DNA of 64,000 nt, taken from NCBI GenBank assembly GCA_052168235.1, contig JBQLZK010000031.1:1-64000 (forward strand), written 5' to 3'. The position numbers and the translations under genes were made by a program. The notes under the pieces are model-generated. The model had not been told where the DNA came from and searched no databases. It was given only the letters and a program-made list of their open reading frames with translations. Shown here piece by piece: positions 51,175 through 61,591 of this stretch (within the stretch, counting starts at the first letter, position 1; every line of letters begins with the position of its first letter). The DNA is from Thainema sp. (GTDB taxonomy: Bacteria > Cyanobacteriota > Cyanobacteriia > Phormidesmidales > Phormidesmidaceae).

Positions 51175-52412
51175 CTGCGGCTCAAAGTCCCACTCAAACA
51201 GGGCAGATGCTTTTAGACTACTTTTACCAGCACCGTGAGGAAATGATCGAAACGGTGCAGCAGCTAGTTGGCATCGAATCTCCTTCAACCGTTCCAGTCG
51301 CTCAACACCCGCTACTCAGCGCGTTGCAGACTGCATTTGAACGGCGAGGATTGCGGACACGACGATTGGCAGGACAGCGCACGGGGGGACATCTCTTGGC
51401 GGTTTTGCCAACTCAGTCTGCTCATCAATCCGCTCATCAACCTGCTAACCAACCTGTCAATCTACCCCGACAGCTACTGCTAGGCCACTGCGATACGGTT
51501 TGGCCACTAGAAACGCTAACGACGACTATGCCGCTACGGCGACAGCAAGGCAAGCTCTATGGTCCGGGTGTGTATGACATGAAGGCGGGTATTGTGATGA
51601 TGATATTTGCTCTAGAAGCACTGCAGGCATTGGAATTGCAGCCCACCGTTCTACCCTTAGTGCTGATTAATTCTGATGAAGAAATTGGCAGCTTTGAGTC
51701 TACGCGGCACGTGAAACGATTAGCTCAAATCTGCGATCGCACGTTTGTGTTAGAACCATCACTGGGCCACAGTGGACAGCTCAAAACCGCTCGCAAAGGC
51801 ATTGGCAACTTTACCGTCGAAGTGCGGGGTCGTGCCGCTCATGCTGGCCTAGATCCAGACAAGGGCGTGAGCGCTATTTTAGAACTCTCGTTTGTCATTC
51901 AAAAGCTATTTGAACTCAATGATCCAACCGCTGGTATCACAGTCAATGTTGGCACCATTGATGGTGGTTTGCGCTCCAATGTGATCGCCCCTTCTAGCCG
52001 AGCCGAAGTTGATGTACGCGTGCTGCATCAGTCTGACATTGAGCGCGTGGAGCAGGCAATTCTCAACTTGGAACCGACAACACCAGGCACCGAACTGATC
52101 ATCACGGGCCAGATCGGTCGTCCCCCTCTAGAACGGACTTCCCGCAATCAGCAGCTTTGGCAGCTCGCTCAGCAGATGGCCACCGAGTTGGGCTTCCCGC
52201 TGGAACAAGGTACCGCTGGCGGCGGCTCAGATGGTAATACCACCAGTCTCTACACTGCTACCTTAGATGGCATGGGAGCTGTTGGCGATGGTGCCCACGC
52301 GCCTCACGAGTTTATCTATATTGACCCGCTGATCGAACGTACGGCTTTACTGACCCAGCTTTTACTCGCTCCAACGCTATCTTCCACATCCGTCGAATCC
52401 CCACTCAATTGA
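51171..52412 (+). CDS. M20 metallopeptidase, carboxypeptidase G2-like
   Basis: GHCDTV, GPGVYDMKAG, SDEEIGS, GGGSDGN, GAHAPHE. Confidence 0.92.
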   Translation: MTAAQSPTQTGQMLLDYFYQHREEMIETVQQLVGIESPSTVPVAQHPLLSALQTAFERRGLRTRRLAGQRTGGHLLAVLPTQSAHQSAHQPANQPVNLPRQLLLGHCDTVWPLETLTTTMPLRRQQGKLYGPGVYDMKAGIVMMIFALEALQALELQPTVLPLVLINSDEEIGSFESTRHVKRLAQICDRTFVLEPSLGHSGQLKTARKGIGNFTVEVRGRAAHAGLDPDKGVSAILELSFVIQKLFELNDPTAGITVNVGTIDGGLRSNVIAPSSRAEVDVRVLHQSDIERVEQAILNLEPTTPGTELIITGQIGRPPLERTSRNQQLWQLAQQMATELGFPLEQGTAGGGSDGNTTSLYTATLDGMGAVGDGAHAPHEFIYIDPLIERTALLTQLLLAPTLSSTSVESPLN

Positions 52413-52441
52413 CCCGATAGGAGACGACTTAGGAGGCGACT

Positions 52442-53461
52442 ATGGCCAATCGGTATGTGTTTGGCTCCCTCACGCGGATCAGCAATTTAGCGATCGCACC
52501 GTTTGCTATGCAGCCATTACCTAGAGAGCAGTGGGCAACGGGTGATTATGTCGTGGGTAAAGTCCTTGATGCTCAGCGTCGCACTGACGTAACAGAGTTA
52601 ACCTGTGGGCGGATGGCGCGGTTGATGCAGGGAGACTTGATCGTCGGGGCATTTGGTGTACGCCGAGCCACCCTAGAAGCCGTGGGAGATTGGCAATCCA
52701 TTCAAGGCGATGGCCAGATGGAAGACATGACTAATGCAGGATTCTTTGGTCGGATCACATCTCAATCGCTGCTGATCCCGCCGCCGCCCAAGCTGAGATA
52801 TGTTGGTCACGTTCTGCGCAACGGTCAGAAAGTTTGTATGACCGACTTTGTTCAGTCAGTAGAGCCACGGCCTTATACCTGTCCCACTATTATGATTATT
52901 GGCACCTCCATGTCAGCGGGCAAAACGACGGCAGCACGGGTAATCATCCACTTATTAAAGCAGATGGGACTCCGTGTTATTGGCACTAAACTCACCGGAG
53001 CAGGTCGCTATCGGGATATTTTGTCGATGCAGGATGCTGGAGCCGATGCCGTTTTTGATTTTGTGGACGTGGGATTGCCGTCATCCGTCACGCCACCCGA
53101 AGAATTTCGGCAGTCGCTGCGACAGCTTTTATCTATGATTGTGACCGCAGCACCGGATGTGGTAGTCGCTGAGGCGGGTGCTTCTCCCTTTGAACCCTAC
53201 AATGGCGCGGTTGTGCTCGACGAGATTGCCAATCAAATTTGCTTTACCGTTCTGTGTTCCTCCGATCCCTATGCGGTGATAGGCGTCAGCCAGAGTTTTG
53301 GCCTCAAGCCGGATCTGATTAGCGGCATTACGACCAACACGACCGCTGGCATTGAATTGGTCGAAAAGTTAGCCCACGTGCCAGCCCTGAGCCTGACGAC
53401 TGAAGAATCAGTCAGCAAACTGCGATCGCAACTCCAGATGACGCTGACCAACGTATTCTGA
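52442..53461 (+). CDS. DUF1611-like P-loop NTPase
   Basis: GTSMSAGKTT Walker A; KLTGAGRYRD; AGGAGG RBS. Confidence 0.8.
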   Translation: MANRYVFGSLTRISNLAIAPFAMQPLPREQWATGDYVVGKVLDAQRRTDVTELTCGRMARLMQGDLIVGAFGVRRATLEAVGDWQSIQGDGQMEDMTNAGFFGRITSQSLLIPPPPKLRYVGHVLRNGQKVCMTDFVQSVEPRPYTCPTIMIIGTSMSAGKTTAARVIIHLLKQMGLRVIGTKLTGAGRYRDILSMQDAGADAVFDFVDVGLPSSVTPPEEFRQSLRQLLSMIVTAAPDVVVAEAGASPFEPYNGAVVLDEIANQICFTVLCSSDPYAVIGVSQSFGLKPDLISGITTNTTAGIELVEKLAHVPALSLTTEESVSKLRSQLQMTLTNVF

Positions 53462-53556
53462 CTATGGCGGCCATAATCGAGTCATCTCAGGCAACCTTCA
53501 GCTAAACGCGGCATGATATAAAGCGATAGACCTTATATCGCTAGAGACTCAATCCT

Positions 53557-54528
53557 GTGAAAGTTGCCTTTATCATTGACCCCATCCAGCGACTTGATCC
53601 GGGACACGACACCAGCGTGGCCCTGATGGAAGCTGCACAAGCCCTGGGGTACGACGTTTGGATTACCGAAGCGCATCTGCTGAGTATTGCCAATGGACAG
53701 GCCATTGCCGAATTGCAGCCTGTCAAGCTGAAGCCTGTTCAACCAGGCGACAATCGCTGGATCGCTGCCCCGGACTGGTTTAGCGTCGGCGAATATGTCC
53801 TCATGCCGCTGGACGAAATGGATGCGGTGTTCATGCGGATTGATCCGCCCGTGACGATTTCTTATCTCTACGCAACTTATATTCTGGACGCCATTGACCC
53901 AACCCAGACGCTGGTGATTAATTCACCGCACGGACTGCGCACGGCAAATGAAAAAATGTATGCCCTGCATTTCAGCGATGTGATGCCCAAAACCATCGTC
54001 AGTCGGGATAAGCGAGTGATTCTCGATTTTGTGGAGCAGCAGGGACGAGCCGTACTCAAACCGCTCGGCGGCAAAGCGGGCGAAGGCATTTTGTTCTTGG
54101 AAGCGGGCGATCGCAACTTTAACTCGCTGATTGAAATCAGCACCGGACAGGGCAAAATCCCCGTCATGATTCAGGATTATTTGCCAGAAGCGAAAGACGG
54201 TGACAAGCGCATTATCGTCTTAGACGGTGAACCAATTGGGGCAGTGAATCGCGTCCCTACGGGCAAAGAATTTCGTGGCAATATGGCCGTGGGCGGACGA
54301 GTAGAAGCCGCAGAAGTAACGAAACGCGATCGCGAAATTTGCGCGCGATTGGCTGATTCACTGCGTAAAGATGGATTGTACTTTGTAGGTTTGGACGTGA
54401 TTGGGGGATACCTAACAGAAGTAAACGTCACCAGCCCTACAGGGGTGCGCGAAATTGATCGACTCGATAATGTCCGACTAGGTCAGCAAGTCATGGAGTG
54501 GCTGGCTCAAAAACGGGCAAACGTCTAA
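53557..54528 (+). CDS. gshB: Glutathione synthetase
   Basis: FMRIDPP, NEKMY, KPLGGKAGEG, RGNMAVGG, EVNVTSPTG. Confidence 0.97.
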   Translation: MKVAFIIDPIQRLDPGHDTSVALMEAAQALGYDVWITEAHLLSIANGQAIAELQPVKLKPVQPGDNRWIAAPDWFSVGEYVLMPLDEMDAVFMRIDPPVTISYLYATYILDAIDPTQTLVINSPHGLRTANEKMYALHFSDVMPKTIVSRDKRVILDFVEQQGRAVLKPLGGKAGEGILFLEAGDRNFNSLIEISTGQGKIPVMIQDYLPEAKDGDKRIIVLDGEPIGAVNRVPTGKEFRGNMAVGGRVEAAEVTKRDREICARLADSLRKDGLYFVGLDVIGGYLTEVNVTSPTGVREIDRLDNVRLGQQVMEWLAQKRANV

Positions 54529-54535
54529 GCATCTC

Positions 54536-54577
54536 GTATCGAGAAATACACCTCAACCCGATTAGGTCTCTTAGATT
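54536..54577 (+). promoter_or_regulatory. NtcA-activated (class II) promoter of the ABC operon
   Basis: GTA-TCGAGAAA-TAC (54536-54549), 22 nt, then TAGATT (TAN3T). Confidence 0.72.
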
Positions 54578-54677
54578 CAAAAAGGAACAAAGTGCTGATG
54601 GAATCAGGAGTGTAGCGGTTTGAGCCAATTTGGGATTACACATTATTGCAATTGACGACAACAAGGGAGAATGGATT

Positions 54678-55793
54678 ATGAGTCAGCGCGATCGCAGATG
54701 GCAAATCATGAGCAGAATGAACGGCAGCATAGGGCGGCGGCGCTTTATACAATACAGTGCTTTAGCCGCTGGCACAGGCATCTTAGCTGCTTGCGCTAGT
54801 TCCAATCCAGATCAAGCTGCCGATACGGCTGACGCTGACACCACCACAGCCAATTCTGGCAACACCAGCAGCGAATTAACCGCCATCACCTTTGGCACCA
54901 ACTGGTATGCCCAAGCGGAACACGGTGGGTTTTATCAGGCCGTCGCAACGGGTATTTATGAAGAATATGGCCTCGATGTCACGATCAAGATGGGGGGTCC
55001 CCAGGTCAACGGTACGCAGTTGCTGATGGGTGGAGCCGTCGATTTCTTCATGGGCTATTCCTCTGACGCCATCAAGGCTGTGGCTGAAGGCATCCCTAAA
55101 GTGACTGTGGCAGCCATGTTTCAAAAAGACCCGCAGATCTTAGTGGCTCATCCCGATACCGCTCAAACCCTGGCCGATCTAAAAGGACGCCCGATTTATA
55201 TTTCTTCAGCGGCAAATACCACCTACTGGCCCTTCCTCAAAGCCAAGTATGGCTTCACTGACGACATGAAGCGCCCCTACAACTTCAACATGGGCCCGTT
55301 TCTGGCGGATAAACAAGCGGCACAACAGGGATATCTCAGTTCAGAACCCCGTCTGATCAAAGAGGAAGGAGGCTTTGAACCCGTAGTCTTCCTGCTGGCC
55401 GACAACGGCTACGAACCCTATTCCACGACGGTTGAAACCCGGCGAGAAATTGTCGAAAATGATCCGGATCTGGTGCAGCGATTTGTCGATGCCTCGATCA
55501 AAGGCTGGTACAGCTATCTAGAAGATCCGGCTCCAGCCAATGAGCTGATTAAGCAGGACAATCCGGAAATGACCGACGAACAAATGGCTTACGGCCTAGA
55601 AAAAATGAAGGAGTACGGCATCGTCATTTCTGGCGAAGCGGAAACCGATGGCATTGGGGCAATGACCGATGCTCGCTGGCAGTCCTTCTTTGCAACCATG
55701 TCCGAGGCGGGGGTCTTTGATCCTAGTGTGGACTACACTCAGGCTTACACGCTGGATTTTGTTAATAAAGGAGTGGAGGCTTATCAGTCTTAG
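54678..55793 (+). CDS. ABC transporter substrate-binding lipoprotein, NMT1/THI5-like
   Basis: RRRF Tat motif, LAAC lipobox, NWYAQAEHGGFYQA. Confidence 0.9.
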   Translation: MSQRDRRWQIMSRMNGSIGRRRFIQYSALAAGTGILAACASSNPDQAADTADADTTTANSGNTSSELTAITFGTNWYAQAEHGGFYQAVATGIYEEYGLDVTIKMGGPQVNGTQLLMGGAVDFFMGYSSDAIKAVAEGIPKVTVAAMFQKDPQILVAHPDTAQTLADLKGRPIYISSAANTTYWPFLKAKYGFTDDMKRPYNFNMGPFLADKQAAQQGYLSSEPRLIKEEGGFEPVVFLLADNGYEPYSTTVETRREIVENDPDLVQRFVDASIKGWYSYLEDPAPANELIKQDNPEMTDEQMAYGLEKMKEYGIVISGEAETDGIGAMTDARWQSFFATMSEAGVFDPSVDYTQAYTLDFVNKGVEAYQS

Positions 55794-55835
55794 CCGATTT
55801 CGTCGTCAGGATCGTTGTTTTTACCTTTAACCGCC

Positions 55836-56609
55836 ATGACTCTCTCACCTGCAATTCAGCTTCATCAGGTCAGCAAGACCTACAGCAACGGTACGGTTGC
55901 CCTCCAGGGAGTCGATTTGGCCATTCAGCCCTCTGAATTTGTCAGTCTCGTCGGGCCGTCGGGCTGCGGTAAGAGTACGGTGTTACGGATCATGGCGGGG
56001 TTGGGACAACATTCTGCGGGCTGGTTGGAGTGGCAGGAAGATCCATCGGTGCAGAACCTGGCCTTTGTCTTCCAGGAAGCGGCGTTGATGCCTTGGGCAA
56101 CAGTGGTAGACAATGTCCACCTGCCGCTGAAACTGATGGGTCGATCGCTGCGGCAGTCGCGAGCGGCGATTCAGGAAGCGCTCAATATGGTGCATCTGGA
56201 GGGATTTGAGCAGGCCTATCCCCGTGAGCTATCGGGCGGGATGAAAATGCGGGTTTCGATTGCGCGAGCGCTGGTGACCAAGCCGCAAATTTTGCTGATG
56301 GATGAACCCTTTGGCGCTCTGGATGAGATGACCCGCAGCAAGCTGAATGACGAAATCCTGCGGCTGTGGAATGAAAAGCGCTGGACAGTAGTATTCGTGA
56401 CCCACAATATTTATGAGGCAGTTTATTTGTCGAATCGCGTGGTGGTGATGGCGGCACGTCCGGGTCGAGTAGTGGCTGATGTGCCGATTGAGGAACCCTA
56501 TCCTCGTAGTGACGATTTCCGCATGTCGCCACGGTTCAATCAGTACTGTCGCGAAATTTCAGCGCGGCTTTCGGAAGGTACATCAATGCCCCATATGGTG
56601 ACAAACTGA
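55836..56609 (+). CDS. ABC transporter ATP-binding protein (TauB/SsuB-like)
   Basis: GPSGCGKST, LSGGMKMR, LMDEPF. Confidence 0.96.
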   Translation: MTLSPAIQLHQVSKTYSNGTVALQGVDLAIQPSEFVSLVGPSGCGKSTVLRIMAGLGQHSAGWLEWQEDPSVQNLAFVFQEAALMPWATVVDNVHLPLKLMGRSLRQSRAAIQEALNMVHLEGFEQAYPRELSGGMKMRVSIARALVTKPQILLMDEPFGALDEMTRSKLNDEILRLWNEKRWTVVFVTHNIYEAVYLSNRVVVMAARPGRVVADVPIEEPYPRSDDFRMSPRFNQYCREISARLSEGTSMPHMVTN

Positions 56610-56610
56610 C

Positions 56611-57447
56611 ATGGCGCTGCACAACCCAATCAAACACCCCCTCAAACGTCTAAAGCTCAAGCGGTTGCTGACTCCAGAGGTGATTGCACCGTTTGTCGTT
56701 GGCGTAATTATGCTGCTGATTTGGGATTTGGCAGTGCGGATCTTCAGCCTGCCGCCCTATTTGTTGCCGGGGCCGCTGCTCGTGCTGCAAACGCTGATTG
56801 CAGAGTGGGGCGACTTGTTTGCGGCCCTGCTCGTCACCATCAAAATTACGCTAGTCGCATTCCTGGCGGCAGTCGTGTCTGGTTTGCTGATTGCAATTCT
56901 GTTTGCCCAAAGTAAGTGGATTGAGCGCAGCTTTTTTCCCTATGCCGTGGTGCTACAGACCACCCCCATTGTTGCGATCGCACCTTTGATCATTATCTGG
57001 CTGCGGAACAGCACCTTTGCCGCACTGGTGATTTGCGCCTGGATTGTGGCCCTATTTCCAATTATTTCAAATACAACGCTGGGCTTAAATAGTGCCGATC
57101 ACAATTTGCTGAATCTGTTTCAGCTCTACAAATCGTCGCGCTGGCAAACGCTGCTGTATTTGCGCTTACCCAGTGCCCTGCCCTACTTTTTGGGTGCGCT
57201 GCGGATTAGTGGCGGCTTAGCCCTGATTGGTGCCGTCGTCGCTGAATTTGTGGCCGGGACGGGTGGGCAGCAGTCGGGGATTGCCTACGAAATTTTGATG
57301 TCGAGCTACAACCTGCAAATTCCCCGCATGTTTGCCGCTCTGCTGATGACAACAGTGCTGGGCGTGATTATCTTTGTGGTGTTGACAATCATTTCGGATC
57401 TGCTGCTGCGCAATTGGCACGAAAGCGCAGTTAAACGCGAGAACTAG
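56611..57447 (+). CDS. ABC transporter permease (SsuC/TauC-like)
   Basis: QTTPIVAIAP, LRLPSALP, GAVVAEF. Confidence 0.95.
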   Translation: MALHNPIKHPLKRLKLKRLLTPEVIAPFVVGVIMLLIWDLAVRIFSLPPYLLPGPLLVLQTLIAEWGDLFAALLVTIKITLVAFLAAVVSGLLIAILFAQSKWIERSFFPYAVVLQTTPIVAIAPLIIIWLRNSTFAALVICAWIVALFPIISNTTLGLNSADHNLLNLFQLYKSSRWQTLLYLRLPSALPYFLGALRISGGLALIGAVVAEFVAGTGGQQSGIAYEILMSSYNLQIPRMFAALLMTTVLGVIIFVVLTIISDLLLRNWHESAVKREN

Positions 57448-57643
57448 CACTGTAAATGTGCGATCGCAAGAACGCTAGAAAGGGGGGCACCAGCCCTCCT
57501 TTCTGGTCTGAATTAAGCTTCAGTAATCAGCACATTGACCTCCTGCGTGACCAGCAAATCGACCGACCCGTTGCGGTAGCGGGTGAAGCAGAGCATCACG
57601 CTAAACAGAGACCACGGCATACCGTGTCCTACGAATTTTTCAG

Positions 57644-59188
57644 TTACCGCTGCCATCGCAGCCAAGCAGTGGTAATTTTTTTAACTAACGGTGTAAATCG
57701 ACTGAGGCTGTACTGATCAGCCGTCTTCCGAATGACTTCTGCTTGAGTTGGGTAACGATGAATCACACTTGCGATCGCACCCAGCCCCAACCGCTTCTCC
57801 ATTGCCAGCGTAATCTCGTTAATCATCTCGCCCGCATGACGAGCGACCACCGTTGCCCCCAGAATCCAATCCTGGTTGGCGGCCAGGTGAATTTTGGCAA
57901 AGCCGTCCGTTTCGCCGTCCGTTACGGCTCGATCCACCTCTGTCAAAGGGAGCGTAAAGGTACGTACATCTTGCCGTTCAGCTACTTCACTGGCAGGCAG
58001 GCCTACATGGGCCACTTCTGGGTCAGTGTAGGTACACCACGGCATGGTTAAACTACTCAGATTGCGGCGACCGATGCCAAACACCGCAAACAGCGCATTT
58101 TGAATCAGAATCCGGGCAGCGGCATCGGCAGCATGGGTAAACTTCCAGCTCATGCAGCAGTCACCAACCGCGTAGATGTGGGGATTACTGGTCTGCAAGT
58201 AGTCATTGATGCAGATACCCTGCTTCGAGTCAGCCTTCACTCCAGCCTGCTCTAGGTTCAGCCCGTGAATGTTGGGCTGCCGCCCCACGCCAACTAGAAT
58301 CTCGTCTACAACAACAGTATGGCCAGTATCCCCCAGTTGGTAATCAATAACTTTCTCGTTGCCCCGCCGCTCTACGCGCTGCACCTGAGCCTCAAGCACC
58401 AGATGAATGCCCTCCTCAGTAAAGACGCGCTGCATCAGGTCTGAAACATCTGGATCAGACTTCTTCAGGATGCGCGATCCCCGCTGTAGCAGCGTCACCT
58501 CTGAACCCAGGCGATGAAACGCTTGGGCGAGTTCGCAGCCAATGTAGCCACCACCAATCACCGCTAATCGAGCAGGGCGCTCAGTTAAATTAAAAACGGT
58601 TTCATTGGTTAGATAGCCAACCTCCTCTAGGCCCTCAATCGGCAGTTGGACTGGACTCGAACCCGTTGCGATCGCAGCTTTTTTAAACCGTAACTGCTGA
58701 TCACCGACGGTAATCGTGTCGGCACCTGAAAACGCCGCTCGACCAAAGAAAACATCTACTCCATAGTGATCTCGCAGACGGCTAGCAGAATCGTTTTTAC
58801 TAATGTCCGCTCGCACTCGCCGCAGCCGCTCCATGACTTGCGCAAAGTCCACCTGCACATCATCCGGTACCTGTACCCCGAAGCGACCCGCCCCACGCAC
58901 GTCATAAACAGCCCGTGCTGAACGAATTAGAGCCTTTGAAGGGACACAGCCTACGTTTGTGCAGTCCCCACCCATTAAATGCTGTTCAATTAAAGCCGTC
59001 TTTGCCCCCAACATGGCAGCACCAGCAGCCGTGACTAGCCCAGCCGTCCCAGCCCCGATGACCACTAAGTTGTAGCGCTCCGCCGGGACAGGATTTTGCC
59101 AGTCGGAGGGGTGCAGGTTGGACACCAGCGTTTGGTTATGGGTGTCCATTGGGGGAACGGAAACGGGGTTGGGGAATACCTGAGTCAC
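57644..59188 (-). CDS. Pyridine nucleotide-disulfide oxidoreductase (mercuric reductase-like core)
   Basis: GAGTAG, GGDCTNVGCVPSK, GGGYIG, HRYPT. Confidence 0.9.
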   Translation of the reverse strand: MTQVFPNPVSVPPMDTHNQTLVSNLHPSDWQNPVPAERYNLVVIGAGTAGLVTAAGAAMLGAKTALIEQHLMGGDCTNVGCVPSKALIRSARAVYDVRGAGRFGVQVPDDVQVDFAQVMERLRRVRADISKNDSASRLRDHYGVDVFFGRAAFSGADTITVGDQQLRFKKAAIATGSSPVQLPIEGLEEVGYLTNETVFNLTERPARLAVIGGGYIGCELAQAFHRLGSEVTLLQRGSRILKKSDPDVSDLMQRVFTEEGIHLVLEAQVQRVERRGNEKVIDYQLGDTGHTVVVDEILVGVGRQPNIHGLNLEQAGVKADSKQGICINDYLQTSNPHIYAVGDCCMSWKFTHAADAAARILIQNALFAVFGIGRRNLSSLTMPWCTYTDPEVAHVGLPASEVAERQDVRTFTLPLTEVDRAVTDGETDGFAKIHLAANQDWILGATVVARHAGEMINEITLAMEKRLGLGAIASVIHRYPTQAEVIRKTADQYSLSRFTPLVKKITTAWLRWQR

Positions 59189-59370
59189 GCCTGTCCTCTA
59201 GCTTGCCGTTATAAATGATGAATTTATATGTAGTGACTCACATGTTCCCAAAGTTAGATTTATGCAGGTTCTCGGCATCAAAACTCGCGAAGTTTTTTAG
59301 TATGAAAGCAACGAAATTTCTGCTTTAATTGGCGTTTTTTCTAATTGAAATAACTTAACTTTGTGAGATC

Positions 59371-59766
59371 ATGACTTCCCTAAACCCGCAACAAGCAAAA
59401 ACTCTCGCGGCTTTTATGACAGCCCTAGAGCAGCAAGATGAACCATTGCCAACAGGGTTACAACAACAGCTCCACGCCATTGGTCAAAATTTAGAGGCTC
59501 GCATCGCTGAGCTACCAGGAATTGCGGCCAGTTTGCCGCACTTAAATCAGGCATACCAGGCAGCACTCGCGAATACTCAAACCGATCAAGGAGGCCAGGG
59601 CGCAACGCTCGTCTCCACGAATCCAGACTACAGCGACAAACTCCGCGATCGCGCTGTCCAAGTTCTCACTGATTCAGATCCCGTTCAAGCCGCTCAGTAC
59701 AGCCAGCGTCGCGGTTTGGGGCAGATTGCTTCTAATCCCATTAAGCGCCTATTTGGCAGGGGCTAA
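59371..59766 (+). CDS. Hypothetical protein
   Basis: 131-aa ORF filling the gap between two minus-strand genes. Confidence 0.7.
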   Translation: MTSLNPQQAKTLAAFMTALEQQDEPLPTGLQQQLHAIGQNLEARIAELPGIAASLPHLNQAYQAALANTQTDQGGQGATLVSTNPDYSDKLRDRAVQVLTDSDPVQAAQYSQRRGLGQIASNPIKRLFGRG

Positions 59767-59799
59767 GCTCTAAGGTCGTCTGAAATTCAAGGAAAAACT

Positions 59800-61236
59800 T
59801 TAGCGACTGGAACAGTCAGCAATGGTGTGCAGCCGGATGAAATTAGTGCCCATTGGGGTACCGCTGGGAATACCTCCCATGATCAGGATCTTGTCGCCAG
59901 CCTCCGCAATATTGCGATCGCACAAATAGGTTTGCGCCTGGTTGACCAATTCTTCGAAGGTCGTCACCTCGTGGTCGAGCAAAATAGGCTTCACACCCCA
60001 AATTAGATTCAATCGATGATAAACATTTTCATCCGGCGTGAAAGCGACTACCGGAGCGCGGGGCCGTTCACCTGCGGCAATAATGGCGGTGTAGCCCGTC
60101 GCGGTGAATGCCGCAATACACCTGAGGTCGAGGATATCATCAATGACATTCAGTGCCTCACTCAGGGCATGGGTTTCATCGGTTAGCGCTGGGGGATTGT
60201 TAACAAACTTGAGGTCTTTCTCAACGTCGGTGGCAATCCGGGCCAGCATTTCCACGGCTTGCACCGGGTAAGCTCCCACAGCCGACTCACCCGATAGCAT
60301 GACGGCATCCGTCCCGTCAATAATTGCATTGGCTACGTCGCTGGCTTCAGCCCTTGTGGGTCGCGGATTGCGAATCATGCTGTCCAGCATTTGCGTAGCG
60401 GTAATCACCGGAATGCTGCGCTTATTGCAGGCACGAATAATTTGCTTTTGCAGCATCGGCACTTTTTCTGGCCGCATTTCCACACCCAAATCGCCTCGCG
60501 CCACCATCACCGCATCGCATTCATCCAGAATGGCATCTAAATTTGCGATCGCTTGTGGTTTTTCAATTTTGGCCAGCACAGGCACATCGTCTGCCCCCTT
60601 CTCCGCCATCAGCGCTTTCAAAGCCCGTATGTCTTCACCCCGCCGCACAAAACTAAGCGAAACCAAATCCACCCCTTGCGACAGGCCAAAGTCTAAATCC
60701 TGCTTGTCTTTCTCCGTCAGCGATGGCAACCGCAAGTCTAAATCGGGCAGATTCACGCCCTTACGGTTGCTCAGCAAGCCACCCTGAATCACGGTGCAAA
60801 TAACTTGATTGGCCTGCACTGCATCCACCTTTAGTTCCAGCAGCCCATCATCCATCAGCACCTGCATACCGGACTGCGCTTCTTCAGCCAGGTAGGGATA
60901 ATCAATGGCTGCTGTATTCGGTTCCCCTTCAAATTTGTCCACAGGAACCAGCGTTAGAGTTTCCCCTTCAATCAGCTCAACGGTTTGACTGGGCAGGTGG
61001 GCAACGCGAATCTTTGGCCCCTGCAAATCCTGCATCAGGGTAATGGCCGCATTTAATTCTTTGGAAACAGAACGCAGTAGCGCGACCATCCGGGCGTGGT
61101 CATCATAGTTACCATGCGAAAAGTTGAGCCGCGCCACGCTCATGCCAGCTCTAAACATGCGACGAACAATTTCGGGAGAGCTGCTGGCGGGGCCAATCGT
61201 GGCAACGATTTTGGTGCGATGAGGCAGGAGCTTCAT
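59800..61236 (-). CDS. pyk: Pyruvate kinase (short form)
   Basis: [46 protein letters not shown]. Confidence 0.98.
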   Translation of the reverse strand: MKLLPHRTKIVATIGPASSSPEIVRRMFRAGMSVARLNFSHGNYDDHARMVALLRSVSKELNAAITLMQDLQGPKIRVAHLPSQTVELIEGETLTLVPVDKFEGEPNTAAIDYPYLAEEAQSGMQVLMDDGLLELKVDAVQANQVICTVIQGGLLSNRKGVNLPDLDLRLPSLTEKDKQDLDFGLSQGVDLVSLSFVRRGEDIRALKALMAEKGADDVPVLAKIEKPQAIANLDAILDECDAVMVARGDLGVEMRPEKVPMLQKQIIRACNKRSIPVITATQMLDSMIRNPRPTRAEASDVANAIIDGTDAVMLSGESAVGAYPVQAVEMLARIATDVEKDLKFVNNPPALTDETHALSEALNVIDDILDLRCIAAFTATGYTAIIAAGERPRAPVVAFTPDENVYHRLNLIWGVKPILLDHEVTTFEELVNQAQTYLCDRNIAEAGDKILIMGGIPSGTPMGTNFIRLHTIADCSSR

Positions 61237-61380
61237 AAGCGAAACGTATAAATGCTTCCGCGCCTACTATAGCGAGTTCATCACAAAGCAGACTGTCGGC
61301 TGGGCGACGATAAGTAAGACTCTCCAATTCTCTTAATGGTTATTAATTTAATAGACTTTATTGGAAATAAAGTTTTTGGG

Positions 61381-61433
61381 ATCGGAAATTGTTTTGTAGC
61401 GCGGCGCCGCCGCGCTACAAAACAATTTCCGAT
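61381..61433. repeat. Perfect 26-bp inverted repeat (mini-element core)
   Basis: atcggaaattgttttgtagcgcggcg-c-cgccgcgctacaaaacaatttccgat. Confidence 0.8.
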
Positions 61434-61591
61434 AAGGTCTAATGGTCAATTTAACCAAACCCGCCCGACGCCAGTAGTACCAGTTTTGGGAATTAACACT
61501 ACAGATGAGATCCGTACCGAGTGCTGGGTGCTAAGGGATATTGAGATTCTTCCTATCCCTCCGACCCTGCTACTCTCCTACCCTCCTACCC

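Noticed and set aside
54529..54677. TPP riboswitch upstream of the THI5-like gene
   Set aside because: No CTGAGA / ACCTG core; an NtcA box is present instead
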